Source of the DNA: Pseudomonadota bacterium
GTDB lineage: Bacteria > Pseudomonadota > Gammaproteobacteria > Burkholderiales > DATLHW01
Direction of reading: 5' to 3'
DNA length: 64,000 nt
Assembly: GCA_040388195.1 (NCBI GenBank)
Contig: JAZKCF010000106.1
Location: forward strand, 444-64,443
Under the pieces are notes generated by a model. That model did no database searches and was not told where the DNA came from. It saw nothing but the letters and a program-made list of their open reading frames with translations. Made by a program: the position numbers and the translations under genes. Positions 8,927-17,868 of this stretch are shown here, piece after piece (position 1 is the first letter of the stretch; each line of letters begins with the position of its first letter).

Positions 8927-10303
8927 TTATAGACATGCAGCCATACGCGCCCTAACTTCATCACGACCAAGCAATTCCAGCACCGCATCGATGGAAGGTG
9001 TCTGGGTGCTCCCAGCTACCATCACTCTTAATGGCATCGCCACTTTCGGCATTTTCAAGTTATGTGTGGCAATGATTTCCTTGATGGACGCGCTGATAGC
9101 GTCGCGAGTCCAATCAATCTGCGCAAAGCTATCGTGCAAGGCGCTCAAGGCCGGCATTACCTCGGGCGTGAGATGCTGCGCTTTGAGTTCTTCCGGAGGA
9201 GCAACGCGCTGGTAGAAATAAACAGCTGCTTTAGCTAGCTCCACCAGTGTATGCCCCCGATCCTTCAATAAACTGATGACGTCAGCGAGTTTAGGTATTT
9301 CTGAAATGGACAAGCCTAAATTATGTAGAAATGGCATGGTCAATGCAGCCAGCCGTTCGTTGTCCGCAGTCTTAATATATTGCTGATTCAGCCAACGTAG
9401 CTTTTCGGTATTGAACTGTGCGGCCGAAGGCGTGATGTGATCGAGATCGAACCATTCGCAAAACTGTTGCATTGAGAAAATCTCTTCATCTCCGTGCGAC
9501 CAACCCAGACGGCCCAAATAATTCACTACAGCCTCTTGCAGGTAACCCTCTTCCGGGTATTGCATGACACTGACCGCTCCATGGCGCTTCGAAAGCTTCT
9601 GCCCATCATCGCCAAGAATCATCGAGAGATGCGCGTACTGCGGCATCGGCGCGCCAAGTGCCGCCAGGATATTGATTTGCCTCGGCGTATTGTTAACGTG
9701 ATCATCCCCCCGAATTACATGGGTGATGTTCATGTCCCAATCATCCACTACGACGCAAAAATTGTAGGTTGGCACGCCATCGGCACGGGCAATAATAAGA
9801 TCGTCCATTTCCTTATTTGCGATCGAAATGCGTCCCTTGACTAGATCGTCCCAGACGACTTCACCATCGAGAGGATTCTTGAATCGAACCACTGGCTTGA
9901 CACCAGCAGGCGGCGTCTCTTTCGAATCCCGCCAACGACCGTCATAGCGCGGCTTATCACCGCGTTGGCGTTGCGCCTCACGCAACGCATCCAGCTCTTC
10001 CGGCGTGCAATAGCAGTGGTAGGCTTTTCCTTCCGCGAGCAATTGCTGAATCACTTCCTTGTATCGATCCATGCGCCGTGTTTGGTAATACGGGCCTTCG
10101 TCGTAATCCAGATTCAGCCAATGCATGCCGTCCATAATCGCCTGCACCGCTTCCGGTGTCGAACGTTCCAGATCGGTATCTTCAATGCGCAAGATGAATT
10201 TGCCATGATGCTTGCGAGCGTAAGCCCAGGAAAACAGCGCAGTGCGAGCGCCGCCAATATGCAAAAACCCCGTCGGAGAGGGAGCAAAACGAGTGCGGAC
10301 CAT
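8927..10303 (-). CDS. gltX: Glutamate--tRNA ligase
   Basis: [21 protein letters not shown] Zn motif. Confidence 0.97.
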   Translation of the reverse strand: MVRTRFAPSPTGFLHIGGARTALFSWAYARKHHGKFILRIEDTDLERSTPEAVQAIMDGMHWLNLDYDEGPYYQTRRMDRYKEVIQQLLAEGKAYHCYCTPEELDALREAQRQRGDKPRYDGRWRDSKETPPAGVKPVVRFKNPLDGEVVWDDLVKGRISIANKEMDDLIIARADGVPTYNFCVVVDDWDMNITHVIRGDDHVNNTPRQINILAALGAPMPQYAHLSMILGDDGQKLSKRHGAVSVMQYPEEGYLQEAVVNYLGRLGWSHGDEEIFSMQQFCEWFDLDHITPSAAQFNTEKLRWLNQQYIKTADNERLAALTMPFLHNLGLSISEIPKLADVISLLKDRGHTLVELAKAAVYFYQRVAPPEELKAQHLTPEVMPALSALHDSFAQIDWTRDAISASIKEIIATHNLKMPKVAMPLRVMVAGSTQTPSIDAVLELLGRDEVRARMAACL

Positions 10304-10379
10304 GATTTATCGTATTGAAAGGGAGAGGCGCATTTTACGTGATTCCTGGCATATGGCGCGCCCCCATAGACTAAGAGGT

Positions 10380-10487
10380 TAGGACTTACGCAAAATCGCC
10401 CCAGCGGCGTTGCTCCTCCTTGTCGTACCAATTTTTTGTACTGCCTGCGTCGTCGCGCCTTGCTGGGACGGTTTTGCGTAAGTCCTA
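10380..10487. mobile_element. MITE-like palindromic element, copy 2
   Basis: Same TIRs; flanking direct repeat AGAGGT (10374-10379/10488-10493). Confidence 0.85.
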
Positions 10488-10532
10488 AGAGGTATGAATC
10501 GCCTCCGTATCAGTGGGAAAAATATAGTCTCC

Positions 10533-11297
10533 TCAGCGCCTAATGAGCGGGGGCTGTACCTCTACCGGCGGACGAGAAGATTCTTCTGGCGTTGTTGGAG
10601 AGGGTACTTGATAGGGAGCCGCACGCGGTACATCCCGGCGCACCGTAGCCGGCGGTTTAGGTACCTGTGGTTTGAGCGGCGCGGCGGGTCTCTCTTGCTG
10701 TCTTCCGGCTTGTAAACTTCTATATAAATTCAACGTACTTTTACTGATAACAACTGGCACGTATGCAAGTGCAAGCGCGCCAATTGTAACGACTAAGGCA
10801 TAACAAAACGCTTTCCATGCCGGCACTTTCATTAGCACCGATATCCCTACATGGAATAAGTAAACGGCGTAGAAACTACCAAATATGGAAACGAGTTCCA
10901 GAAATGGCACGGCATACAATATGCTCGCGAGCCAAGCAGGCGTATAGGCGTAAGCCGTTATCTGCAGAGCTTGCATCTCGTTCTTTTCATCACCAAGTAT
11001 TACGGTCAACCCGGTGACAATAAGCGCAAGAATGTACACGCTGAGCAACATAAAAACATAAGAAACAATCGCCGTGTAAACACCAACCGCTACCGGCACT
11101 TTTGACATGACATCAAATGACGACGCCATGAAAGACGCTGCAGGCCCAATTGCAGCTAATGGAATAACGTGCCAACTATAAAGTTCTTTTGTCGAGATCG
11201 ATTCTTGAGAGATTGTCGTCCATTCGGATATCGGGTCAAGAATGACATTTTGAATTCTCACAACCGCATTCATCAGTCGATTCCCCGGATCGGCCAT
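10533..11297 (-). CDS. Yip1-domain membrane protein with Pro-rich tail
   Basis: ILDPISEWTTI, IPLAAIGP, AYAYTPAWLA; 5 TM helices. Confidence 0.75.
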   Translation of the reverse strand: MADPGNRLMNAVVRIQNVILDPISEWTTISQESISTKELYSWHVIPLAAIGPAASFMASSFDVMSKVPVAVGVYTAIVSYVFMLLSVYILALIVTGLTVILGDEKNEMQALQITAYAYTPAWLASILYAVPFLELVSIFGSFYAVYLFHVGISVLMKVPAWKAFCYALVVTIGALALAYVPVVISKSTLNLYRSLQAGRQQERPAAPLKPQVPKPPATVRRDVPRAAPYQVPSPTTPEESSRPPVEVQPPLIRR

Positions 11298-11440
11298 ATT
11301 TATGATTGCCTTATTGTATTTTTACGGTTTGAAAATCTGGCGCGCATGCCAGTATGCAAAGTACTCTAAAACACGTTGCTCACGATTGACCTCGCAACCC
11401 GCCGCATGGTTAAATTCGCGCCTCGGAGTTTCCCTTTTCC

Positions 11441-11515
11441 GGGCAGTTAGCTCAGCGGTAGAGCATCGCCTTCACACGGCGGGGGCCAGTGGTTCGATCC
11501 CACTACTGCCCACCA
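11441..11515 (+). tRNA. tRNA-Val (CAC)
   Basis: GGGCAGT/ACTGCCC acceptor stem, D-arm AGCTCAGCGGTAGAGC, anticodon loop TTCACAC, GGTTCGATCC, encoded CCA. Confidence 0.97.
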
Positions 11516-11564
11516 AAAAACACCTTCTAGTAATGCAGCTTAAGCAATTGCGCTTTTGCATGCG

Positions 11565-13607
11565 CTAGACCTTGTTATAAACAAGAGCACGCACCTTCCC
11601 TAGCTTCACTGGCGAGAAGGAAAAACCCTTCTCCCACGCTAGATATTTTTCTAAAGGTAGTGGTCTGGTAATAACGTAACCTTGTATTTCATCGCAATTA
11701 AGGCTCGATAAAAGTTCCAATTGCTCGGTCGTCTCGACGCCTTCTGCAACCACTTTCAACCCTAGGGAATGCGCCAAGGCGATGATGGTAATCACGATGT
11801 TCCGATTACTATCGCTGTTGGTGATGTTGGCAATGAAAGCTCGATCTATTTTCAGCACATTGACGGGCAAATCGCCTAAATGGCTTAGCGACGAATAGCC
11901 GGTGCCGAAATCATCTATCGCGACACCAATGCCCATTTCCCGAATGATCTTCAACTTGGGAACATTGGTCTCGGCATTCCTCATCATCAAGCTCTCGGTA
12001 ATTTCCAGGTCCAAGAAAGTCGCTTCATCCTCGCGCTTTTCTAAAGCTCTTTTAACTACCTCGACGAAATCCTTTTGATCTAGCTGAATTTGCGAAACGT
12101 TAACCGCCACACGTGGCGCCGGCAACCCCGCCGCTTGCCATTTGGTCTGATCAGCTAATGCCTGTTGGATTACCCACTTACCTACTTCGCGAATAAGCCC
12201 GGTTCTTTCCAGAATAGGAATGAATACCACTGGAGGAATAATTCCTTTTTCGGGATTGTTCCAGCGCAGCAATGCCTCGACACTGGAAATACTTCCGGTA
12301 GCAAGATCTACTTTGGGTTGGTAATGGAGGGTAAATTCGTTTCTTTCCAGCGCTCGCCGGAGTAAAACCTCTAACGACAATTGTTCAGCGATGCGGGCAT
12401 TCATTTCTGCCGTGTAAAGCTGAAAATGATTACGCCCTTTTTCTTTAGCGCGATGCATTGCCGCATTGGCATTCTTTAGCAGTGCTTCCGGATCTTGACC
12501 ATCATAAGGAAAAAAACTAACGCCCATGCTACAAGTTACGCTAATTTCCCGCTCGCCCAATACAACCGGCTCTGACACGGCATCCAGCATTCTTTGTAAA
12601 GCACCTCCGATGGGCGGATGCACACCTACCCCTTCGTTGGCTGATAGCAAATGATTGGCTACGGATTCGGGATTATTTTGATCCGATAAAGCTAATACAA
12701 ATTCGTCACCGCTAAGGCGTGCGATGGTATCGCTTTTACGTAAACAGGACTTCAAACGCTCAGCAATGGTCGTTAATAACTTGTCGCCTGATTGGTGCCC
12801 GAGGCTATCGTTGATAAATTTGAATTGATCCAGATCGATAAAAACCACTGCAACGCTGTAGTTCGATCGTCGTGCCAGCGCGAGTGCGTGGCTGAGGCGA
12901 TCCATCAGCAAATTACGATTAGGCAATCCGGTGAGGACATCGTAACTTGCTTGACGCTTTAATTCTTCTCGCGCCTCTTGTAGCGCCTGCTCAGATTTAA
13001 GCCGCTCGGCGATTTCCGTTGTCAATTGTGCGTTTATCTGCACGATGTCAGCGGTACGTTGCGCCACTCGTGCGTCGATATCGCCCCGGACTTGACGCAA
13101 GGCAAGCTCGGCGTTTTGACGCAAACTCATTTCCGCTTGCAACTGGTCTTTGTGTTGCGCGAGTTCAGTCTGTATTGCGCACAGGGCAAGATGAATATTG
13201 ATACGGGCTAGCAGTTCCGCGATTTGAAATGGTTTGGTGATGTAGTCAGCCCCACCCGCGTCAAAGCCCGTCAATTTATCCGCGGCATCTTCCAGGGCAG
13301 TCATGAAGATAACCGGAATATGTTTAGTAACTTCAGCCGCTTTCAGGCGACGGCAGGTTTCGAACCCGTCGACTTCAGGCATCATCACATCAAGCAAAAT
13401 GAGATCGGGCTCAAGGAATTTAGCTCGCTTCAATCCTTCCTTGCCATCGCGAGCCACTGCCACACGAAATCCGTGATCTTCCAGATGCTCGACTACCACC
13501 GCAAGATTGGTCGGCATATCGTCCACGATCAAGATCGTGTAAGGCTGGGAATCGGACGCCGAGTATTCGCTCATTAGGGCCTGCCTCCTGTCCAGATAAT
13601 CCTCCAT
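11565..13607 (-). CDS. REC-GGDEF-EAL c-di-GMP response regulator
   Basis: LLDVMMP receiver; DVLTGLPN, SGDEF; EALLRW, DDFGTGYSS, VVAEGVET. Confidence 0.92.
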   Translation of the reverse strand: MEDYLDRRQALMSEYSASDSQPYTILIVDDMPTNLAVVVEHLEDHGFRVAVARDGKEGLKRAKFLEPDLILLDVMMPEVDGFETCRRLKAAEVTKHIPVIFMTALEDAADKLTGFDAGGADYITKPFQIAELLARINIHLALCAIQTELAQHKDQLQAEMSLRQNAELALRQVRGDIDARVAQRTADIVQINAQLTTEIAERLKSEQALQEAREELKRQASYDVLTGLPNRNLLMDRLSHALALARRSNYSVAVVFIDLDQFKFINDSLGHQSGDKLLTTIAERLKSCLRKSDTIARLSGDEFVLALSDQNNPESVANHLLSANEGVGVHPPIGGALQRMLDAVSEPVVLGEREISVTCSMGVSFFPYDGQDPEALLKNANAAMHRAKEKGRNHFQLYTAEMNARIAEQLSLEVLLRRALERNEFTLHYQPKVDLATGSISSVEALLRWNNPEKGIIPPVVFIPILERTGLIREVGKWVIQQALADQTKWQAAGLPAPRVAVNVSQIQLDQKDFVEVVKRALEKREDEATFLDLEITESLMMRNAETNVPKLKIIREMGIGVAIDDFGTGYSSLSHLGDLPVNVLKIDRAFIANITNSDSNRNIVITIIALAHSLGLKVVAEGVETTEQLELLSSLNCDEIQGYVITRPLPLEKYLAWEKGFSFSPVKLGKVRALVYNKV

Positions 13608-13774
13608 CGAATAAGGAGCCTACCATGAACTGTTTCACATGCGCGCTTTAAGATAAATTGCAAACCGTTCTAGCAACAGCAGAATTGCGCTCCGGATGCT
13701 AGCCTCGACCGCAAAAATCGTCAACGCGCACGCTCATGAACAAAGGCGATAACAACGCAAACTCGATAGAAGAC

Positions 13775-13790
13775 TGGCATGGAAATTGCA
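13775..13790 (+). promoter_or_regulatory. Sigma54 -24/-12 promoter
   Basis: TGGCATGGAAATTGCA, ~40 nt upstream of the AAAGGA-preceded ATG 13829. Confidence 0.75.
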
Positions 13791-13828
13791 ATAACTCGGG
13801 GACCTATTGCAACCAAAGGAATAAATCT

Positions 13829-14215
13829 ATGAATTCAGAAAACAGAAATGATGGGAATTTTAACGAAGAGTTGTCTGATCATCGTCCGATCCCCCTTCGT
13901 TCTCAAGGCGCCTTAAGAAATCACGAAAACGACGAAGCGCAGAATACCGTTGCTTCAAGAAAAATGGAAAAACCTGCGGGTAACACAAAAAAAACCATGG
14001 AGGGCGACCCCGCTGAGCGTCAGCAAGATCTTCTACAAAGAGAACTACGCTATTGGCAGCATAAACTAACAGAAGAGGAGTTGCTGCGAGTCGCCGGAAG
14101 ACGAGATCAGCTTTTAGCTGTGTTGCATGAGAAGTATGGGTATTCCCCGGAAAAAGTAAAAGCAGAAATCGAACAAGGGTTGCTTAACGACGACCTTGGA
14201 AATAACGACCGTTAG
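13829..14215 (+). CDS. CsbD/YjbJ-like stress protein with disordered N-terminus
   Basis: C-terminal WQHKLTEEELLRVAGRRDQLLAVLHEKYGYSPEKVKAEI resembles YjbJ/CsbD; start moved to the RBS-supported ATG. Confidence 0.6.
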   Translation: MNSENRNDGNFNEELSDHRPIPLRSQGALRNHENDEAQNTVASRKMEKPAGNTKKTMEGDPAERQQDLLQRELRYWQHKLTEEELLRVAGRRDQLLAVLHEKYGYSPEKVKAEIEQGLLNDDLGNNDR

Positions 14216-14218
14216 TTA

Positions 14219-15686
14219 GTTGCCCCTGAAAAACCTCATTTCTCCGCCATCAAGGGAGGATAGAGAAGTGGCTGATTGAGAAACGGTGTAATCAAGATGC
14301 ACAACATTTGGGCCCACAAAAGCGCCAGTTGGCGCAGGATCTTGCGCAAATTATGCGCGGCGCCACACAACAGCGCGTTCAGCGCATCGCCCAACTCCCC
14401 GTTAAGGAAATTACGGCCGAGACGCCCATCGGTTTTTAGATGGCCGATAATCGGCTCAATCGCATTGCGCCGCTTAAGTTTTTTCTTGATGGCCAATGTC
14501 ACCCCGCGTTTGGCGCCCGCAATCCAGACGGTCACAGGCGGCAGCTTGCCGTGACCGCGATAACCGCGATCGACAAAAGCTTCCGCAGGTAACACCCCCG
14601 TTGTCCGCGCCATCTGCGCTAGACAATCGTGCAGTGTATGACCGTCGTAAGGATTGCCGGGCAACGCCTTAATGCCGAGGATGAAATTATCTTTGCTGGT
14701 GCTGACTATGCCCACCTTGACGCCGAATTCGTAGTGCTTGTGCGCTTTGCCCTTCGCAATACACTCCACCTCCGGCGCATGCACGCTGTACACCTTGCCG
14801 GTATCGGCGCGCTGTTGCTGATGAATGCGCCGGGCAATGGTCAGTAACTTCTGGGCACGCACGCGCCATTGTGCGGGCAGTTTTCTTTCCACATCCCGCA
14901 GCACGCGGCCTAGCAAGGTCCGTAAGTGTTTTTGCTCACGTCGTGCCCGTTTCATCTGTCGCGCATGCGCGTAGCGCGCTTGCCGAAATAACACGACTTT
15001 GCCTACCCGCTCGTAACTTTGCCGCAATCGAATGCCAGCCTTCTGGGCCAAGCGAACCAAGGCACGCCGTGCCTTGTGGTACAGCCTGGCGTCGGTCGGA
15101 AAGGCGATGGCTTTCTCTTGCACCGTGGTGTCAACATTCACCGCTTGCAATGAGGCCGGTGCTACCGTTTTCGTGGCCAGTCCGGTGACAATGCTTTGCG
15201 ACAGCATTAACTCACAACCCACTTCCCCAATGCGTTGCCGGAAGCGCGTCATTTGCGAAGGATCAATCGGCAATCGATGCTGAAAATAATCCTCACCGCA
15301 GAAATACTGCCAATATGGATTCTCTACCCACCGCGCCACCACGCTTTCATCCGATTCATTGAACAGATGCTTCAGGTAATGCAGTCCCACCATCAACCGA
15401 ATCGGAATCGCCGGTCTACCTTCATCACTGTACAGCGGACCGAAATGCACTTCGAACGACGACCAATCAATCTTAGTGGCCAACCGATACAACTCATGGC
15501 GCTGGTCAAGTAGTTGATCCAGACGCAACCGGAAAAAATCTTCTTGGATAACCGCAGCAGGTTTTTTAGGCTTCATGTTTCGCCAGAAATCGAAGGGTAA
15601 TACGCTCAATTCTGGCAAATTCAACACCATAAAAACAGCCCTCAAACCAATAATGATGCGGCTTCGAGAGGTTTTTCAGGGACGAC
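14219..15686 (-). mobile_element. IS5-family insertion sequence, 1468 bp
   Basis: IRs GTTGCCCCTGAAAAACCTC / GTCGTCCCTGAAAAACCTC; TAGTTA duplicated at 14213-14218 and 15687-15692. Confidence 0.92.
14236..15576 (-). CDS. IS5-family DDE transposase
   Basis: ENPYWQYFCG, VDTTVQEK, FVDRGYRG, RRNAIEPIIGHLK; likely start MKPKK at 15576. Confidence 0.92.
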   Translation of the reverse strand: MKPKKPAAVIQEDFFRLRLDQLLDQRHELYRLATKIDWSSFEVHFGPLYSDEGRPAIPIRLMVGLHYLKHLFNESDESVVARWVENPYWQYFCGEDYFQHRLPIDPSQMTRFRQRIGEVGCELMLSQSIVTGLATKTVAPASLQAVNVDTTVQEKAIAFPTDARLYHKARRALVRLAQKAGIRLRQSYERVGKVVLFRQARYAHARQMKRARREQKHLRTLLGRVLRDVERKLPAQWRVRAQKLLTIARRIHQQQRADTGKVYSVHAPEVECIAKGKAHKHYEFGVKVGIVSTSKDNFILGIKALPGNPYDGHTLHDCLAQMARTTGVLPAEAFVDRGYRGHGKLPPVTVWIAGAKRGVTLAIKKKLKRRNAIEPIIGHLKTDGRLGRNFLNGELGDALNALLCGAAHNLRKILRQLALLWAQMLCILITPFLNQPLLYPPLMAEK

Positions 15687-15837
15687 TAGTTAATGCGCAT
15701 TTTGAACTACCCTTGTTCGCAGCAATTACGGTAAGCGTTACCTAATGACAGTGCAATTATTGCAATCCGCGTCATGAGCCGTTTCTGCTGCTAATTTAGC
15801 GCGACTGCATTACGACTTAAAGTGCATTGGCGTCTTC

Positions 15838-16272
15838 CTAGCACCCACTTAATCGCCGAGCAGAAATCTGGTTTGTAAATTCCGTTTTCTGGCCTTCGAC
15901 CATTCCAGTCGCCGTCATAGTGCCGTTCATCGTCGTGGCAGTAAATGTCAGTTCACCGCGAGTTTTTAACGCATAAGTCCCCGCACACTGCATAGTAAAA
16001 CGGAACGTATTACCGACATAATTCTTGTCAGTAAACGTACAGCTTGACGCACCTGGATTGGCAAGACTGCCCATCATCTTGCTGGGATCGCGCGCATCTT
16101 CGGCGGTGACGCATTGTTTTACCTGAAACGGGGCCGGCGTGAAACCAGGCGAAGCCGCGACCCGCGTTTCCATTGAAATTTCCCATAGCCCCGGGGATAA
16201 ATCCGCAGCCATCGAGGGCACCGAAATCATTGCAGTCAAGCCCATTAGTCCGACGACAACATTTGCACGCAT
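15838..16272 (-). CDS. DUF3617-like secreted protein
   Basis: Signal peptide, PGLWEIS, QCVT, terminal ARRLSGC; RBS GGGGG before ATG 16272. Confidence 0.75.
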   Translation of the reverse strand: MRANVVVGLMGLTAMISVPSMAADLSPGLWEISMETRVAASPGFTPAPFQVKQCVTAEDARDPSKMMGSLANPGASSCTFTDKNYVGNTFRFTMQCAGTYALKTRGELTFTATTMNGTMTATGMVEGQKTEFTNQISARRLSGC

Positions 16273-16324
16273 ACAGTTTCCCCCTGAATAAAATGGCTGC
16301 GCCCTGCGGCGTAATGAACAAAAT

Positions 16325-16894
16325 TTAAGGCGCGGCATCTTTCACATGGATGGCGCTAGCTAGCATCGCGAGGGCATCTGAATTAGCACCATCTTCGCTA
16401 TCATTCGAAAGAACAGTAAACACAGCCATCAACTCGCCAATCGGGAGTAACCCTTGAGTGGAATACTTAAATTCGCCTTTTTTGGGGGCACGGTCAGTGG
16501 CTGAAAAATAATATCCGGTTCCCTCAATGCCCTTGATTTCCTTAATTGGAATCGATTCTTCTACTGATCGAGATTTTACGTTCTCCGCCGCATACTCAAC
16601 TTCTTCTTTTAGATTTTCTATCTTGGGCATAGCGACTTCTTTGCTCATGTGCCACATAGGCGTTAGCAAGACTTTAAACGCTGTACCGGCTTGGGGAGTA
16701 AAGATAATAGTTGGCGGAAAATTATTGGGCGGTTGGCGCACCTTCTCTTGCCAAGATGTCGGAATACTTAATTCAATTCGACCATGATCGGGAAGAGGAT
16801 AACTACGGGTAGAGTTAAGGTCTTCGGCAAATGCTAAGGCCGAAACGAAAAAACACAACGTAGCCATTAAATACTTTTTCAAATCGTGAATCAT
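16325..16894 (-). CDS. Hypothetical exported protein
   Basis: Signal peptide ending AFA; RBS AGGAG. Confidence 0.65.
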   Translation of the reverse strand: MIHDLKKYLMATLCFFVSALAFAEDLNSTRSYPLPDHGRIELSIPTSWQEKVRQPPNNFPPTIIFTPQAGTAFKVLLTPMWHMSKEVAMPKIENLKEEVEYAAENVKSRSVEESIPIKEIKGIEGTGYYFSATDRAPKKGEFKYSTQGLLPIGELMAVFTVLSNDSEDGANSDALAMLASAIHVKDAAP

Positions 16895-16932
16895 TTCTGC
16901 AATCTCCTGTGGCGTTTAAGCCATTTTAACCG

Positions 16933-17391
16933 TTACAGCTCACGCTCCATAATTGTGATTGACGTACCGTGATGCTGCATCTCTAGTAACTTAACCCAAC
17001 CCAATCTTCCGAAAAAAACCTGTTGAGCTTCAGTATACAAGTAGATTTTTCGATATCCACTACGCTTCGCATACTCAGCTATTGCTTGAGCAAGATGCAC
17101 GCCATGCCCATGCTTACGGAGCGACGGAAGGACGTATACGTCAGCAAGCCAAGGCGATAAATGCGGGCAAGAATCGAGATCGTTTTCGATAAGGCTGGCG
17201 GTTCCGCCAAGAACCGCTCCTTCGAAAGATAGAACAGTTGTCGGACAACCAGTGGTATTCCGCCGTTCACCTAACCATTTCTTTTTGATCTCTAGAGTTA
17301 CAGCAGGCTCGAGATAACCAAATTCGTTGAAGAGCCAACCGGCAATTGTGGGTATGACGTCAGGACATTCTGCAAGAAGCTGGATTTTCAT
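16933..17391 (-). CDS. GNAT-family N-acetyltransferase
   Basis: PWLADVYVLPSLRKHGHG acetyl-CoA motif; YLYT; FFGRLGW. Confidence 0.85.
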   Translation of the reverse strand: MKIQLLAECPDVIPTIAGWLFNEFGYLEPAVTLEIKKKWLGERRNTTGCPTTVLSFEGAVLGGTASLIENDLDSCPHLSPWLADVYVLPSLRKHGHGVHLAQAIAEYAKRSGYRKIYLYTEAQQVFFGRLGWVKLLEMQHHGTSITIMEREL

Positions 17392-17868
17392 CGCTTCCTC
17401 GCCAAGATATTTATCGTGAGCTCTTCATATCCGACATTCATGGCTAACTTCAGCGTATACATTTAGTGACCTCTACTTTTTTGTGATTCTTGGGTTTTTC
17501 CATATTGTTTCCAGCGTCATGAATTTCATATGGCGCGCTTGCGGATCAATTGACAAACTTCTCACAAGTACGCCCAGCAAAAAATGCAGGGTGCTTTGCA
17601 ATGGTCGCTTAAATTGAAAAGCTCGCTCCAGACTTTGCCGCCCAGAAGCTTAATGAATATCGACAGCAGCGCCACACAACACAAGCGATGATTTCCGCTA
17701 GATAGCGAAAATCGCGATAAAGTTTGGCTGTTTTATCCGGAAACTTTACGTTCGCACACTATTGCTCAGTAAGCTAACGGCGTCCTTCGTAGTCACAATC
17801 ATAAGTTGTAGAAAGCACGATTTAATCTAATAGCTTCCCACTTTGTCCATACTACATTGTCAGATTTA

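Noticed and set aside
10114-10431. 105-aa ORF, and the similar 94-aa ORF at 50182-50466
   Set aside because: Their shared sequence comes from reading through MITE copies; both overlap real genes in another frame
11441-11515. tRNA as attB of an intact prophage or ICE
   Set aside because: No integrase, phage genes or duplicated tRNA 3' end seen in the window
13736-13828. N-terminal extension of the csbD-like ORF
   Set aside because: Overlaps the sigma54 promoter; the RBS supports ATG 13829
14219-15686. IS5 as the mobiliser of the TAGGAC MITEs
   Set aside because: IR sequences do not match beyond a TA-G junction
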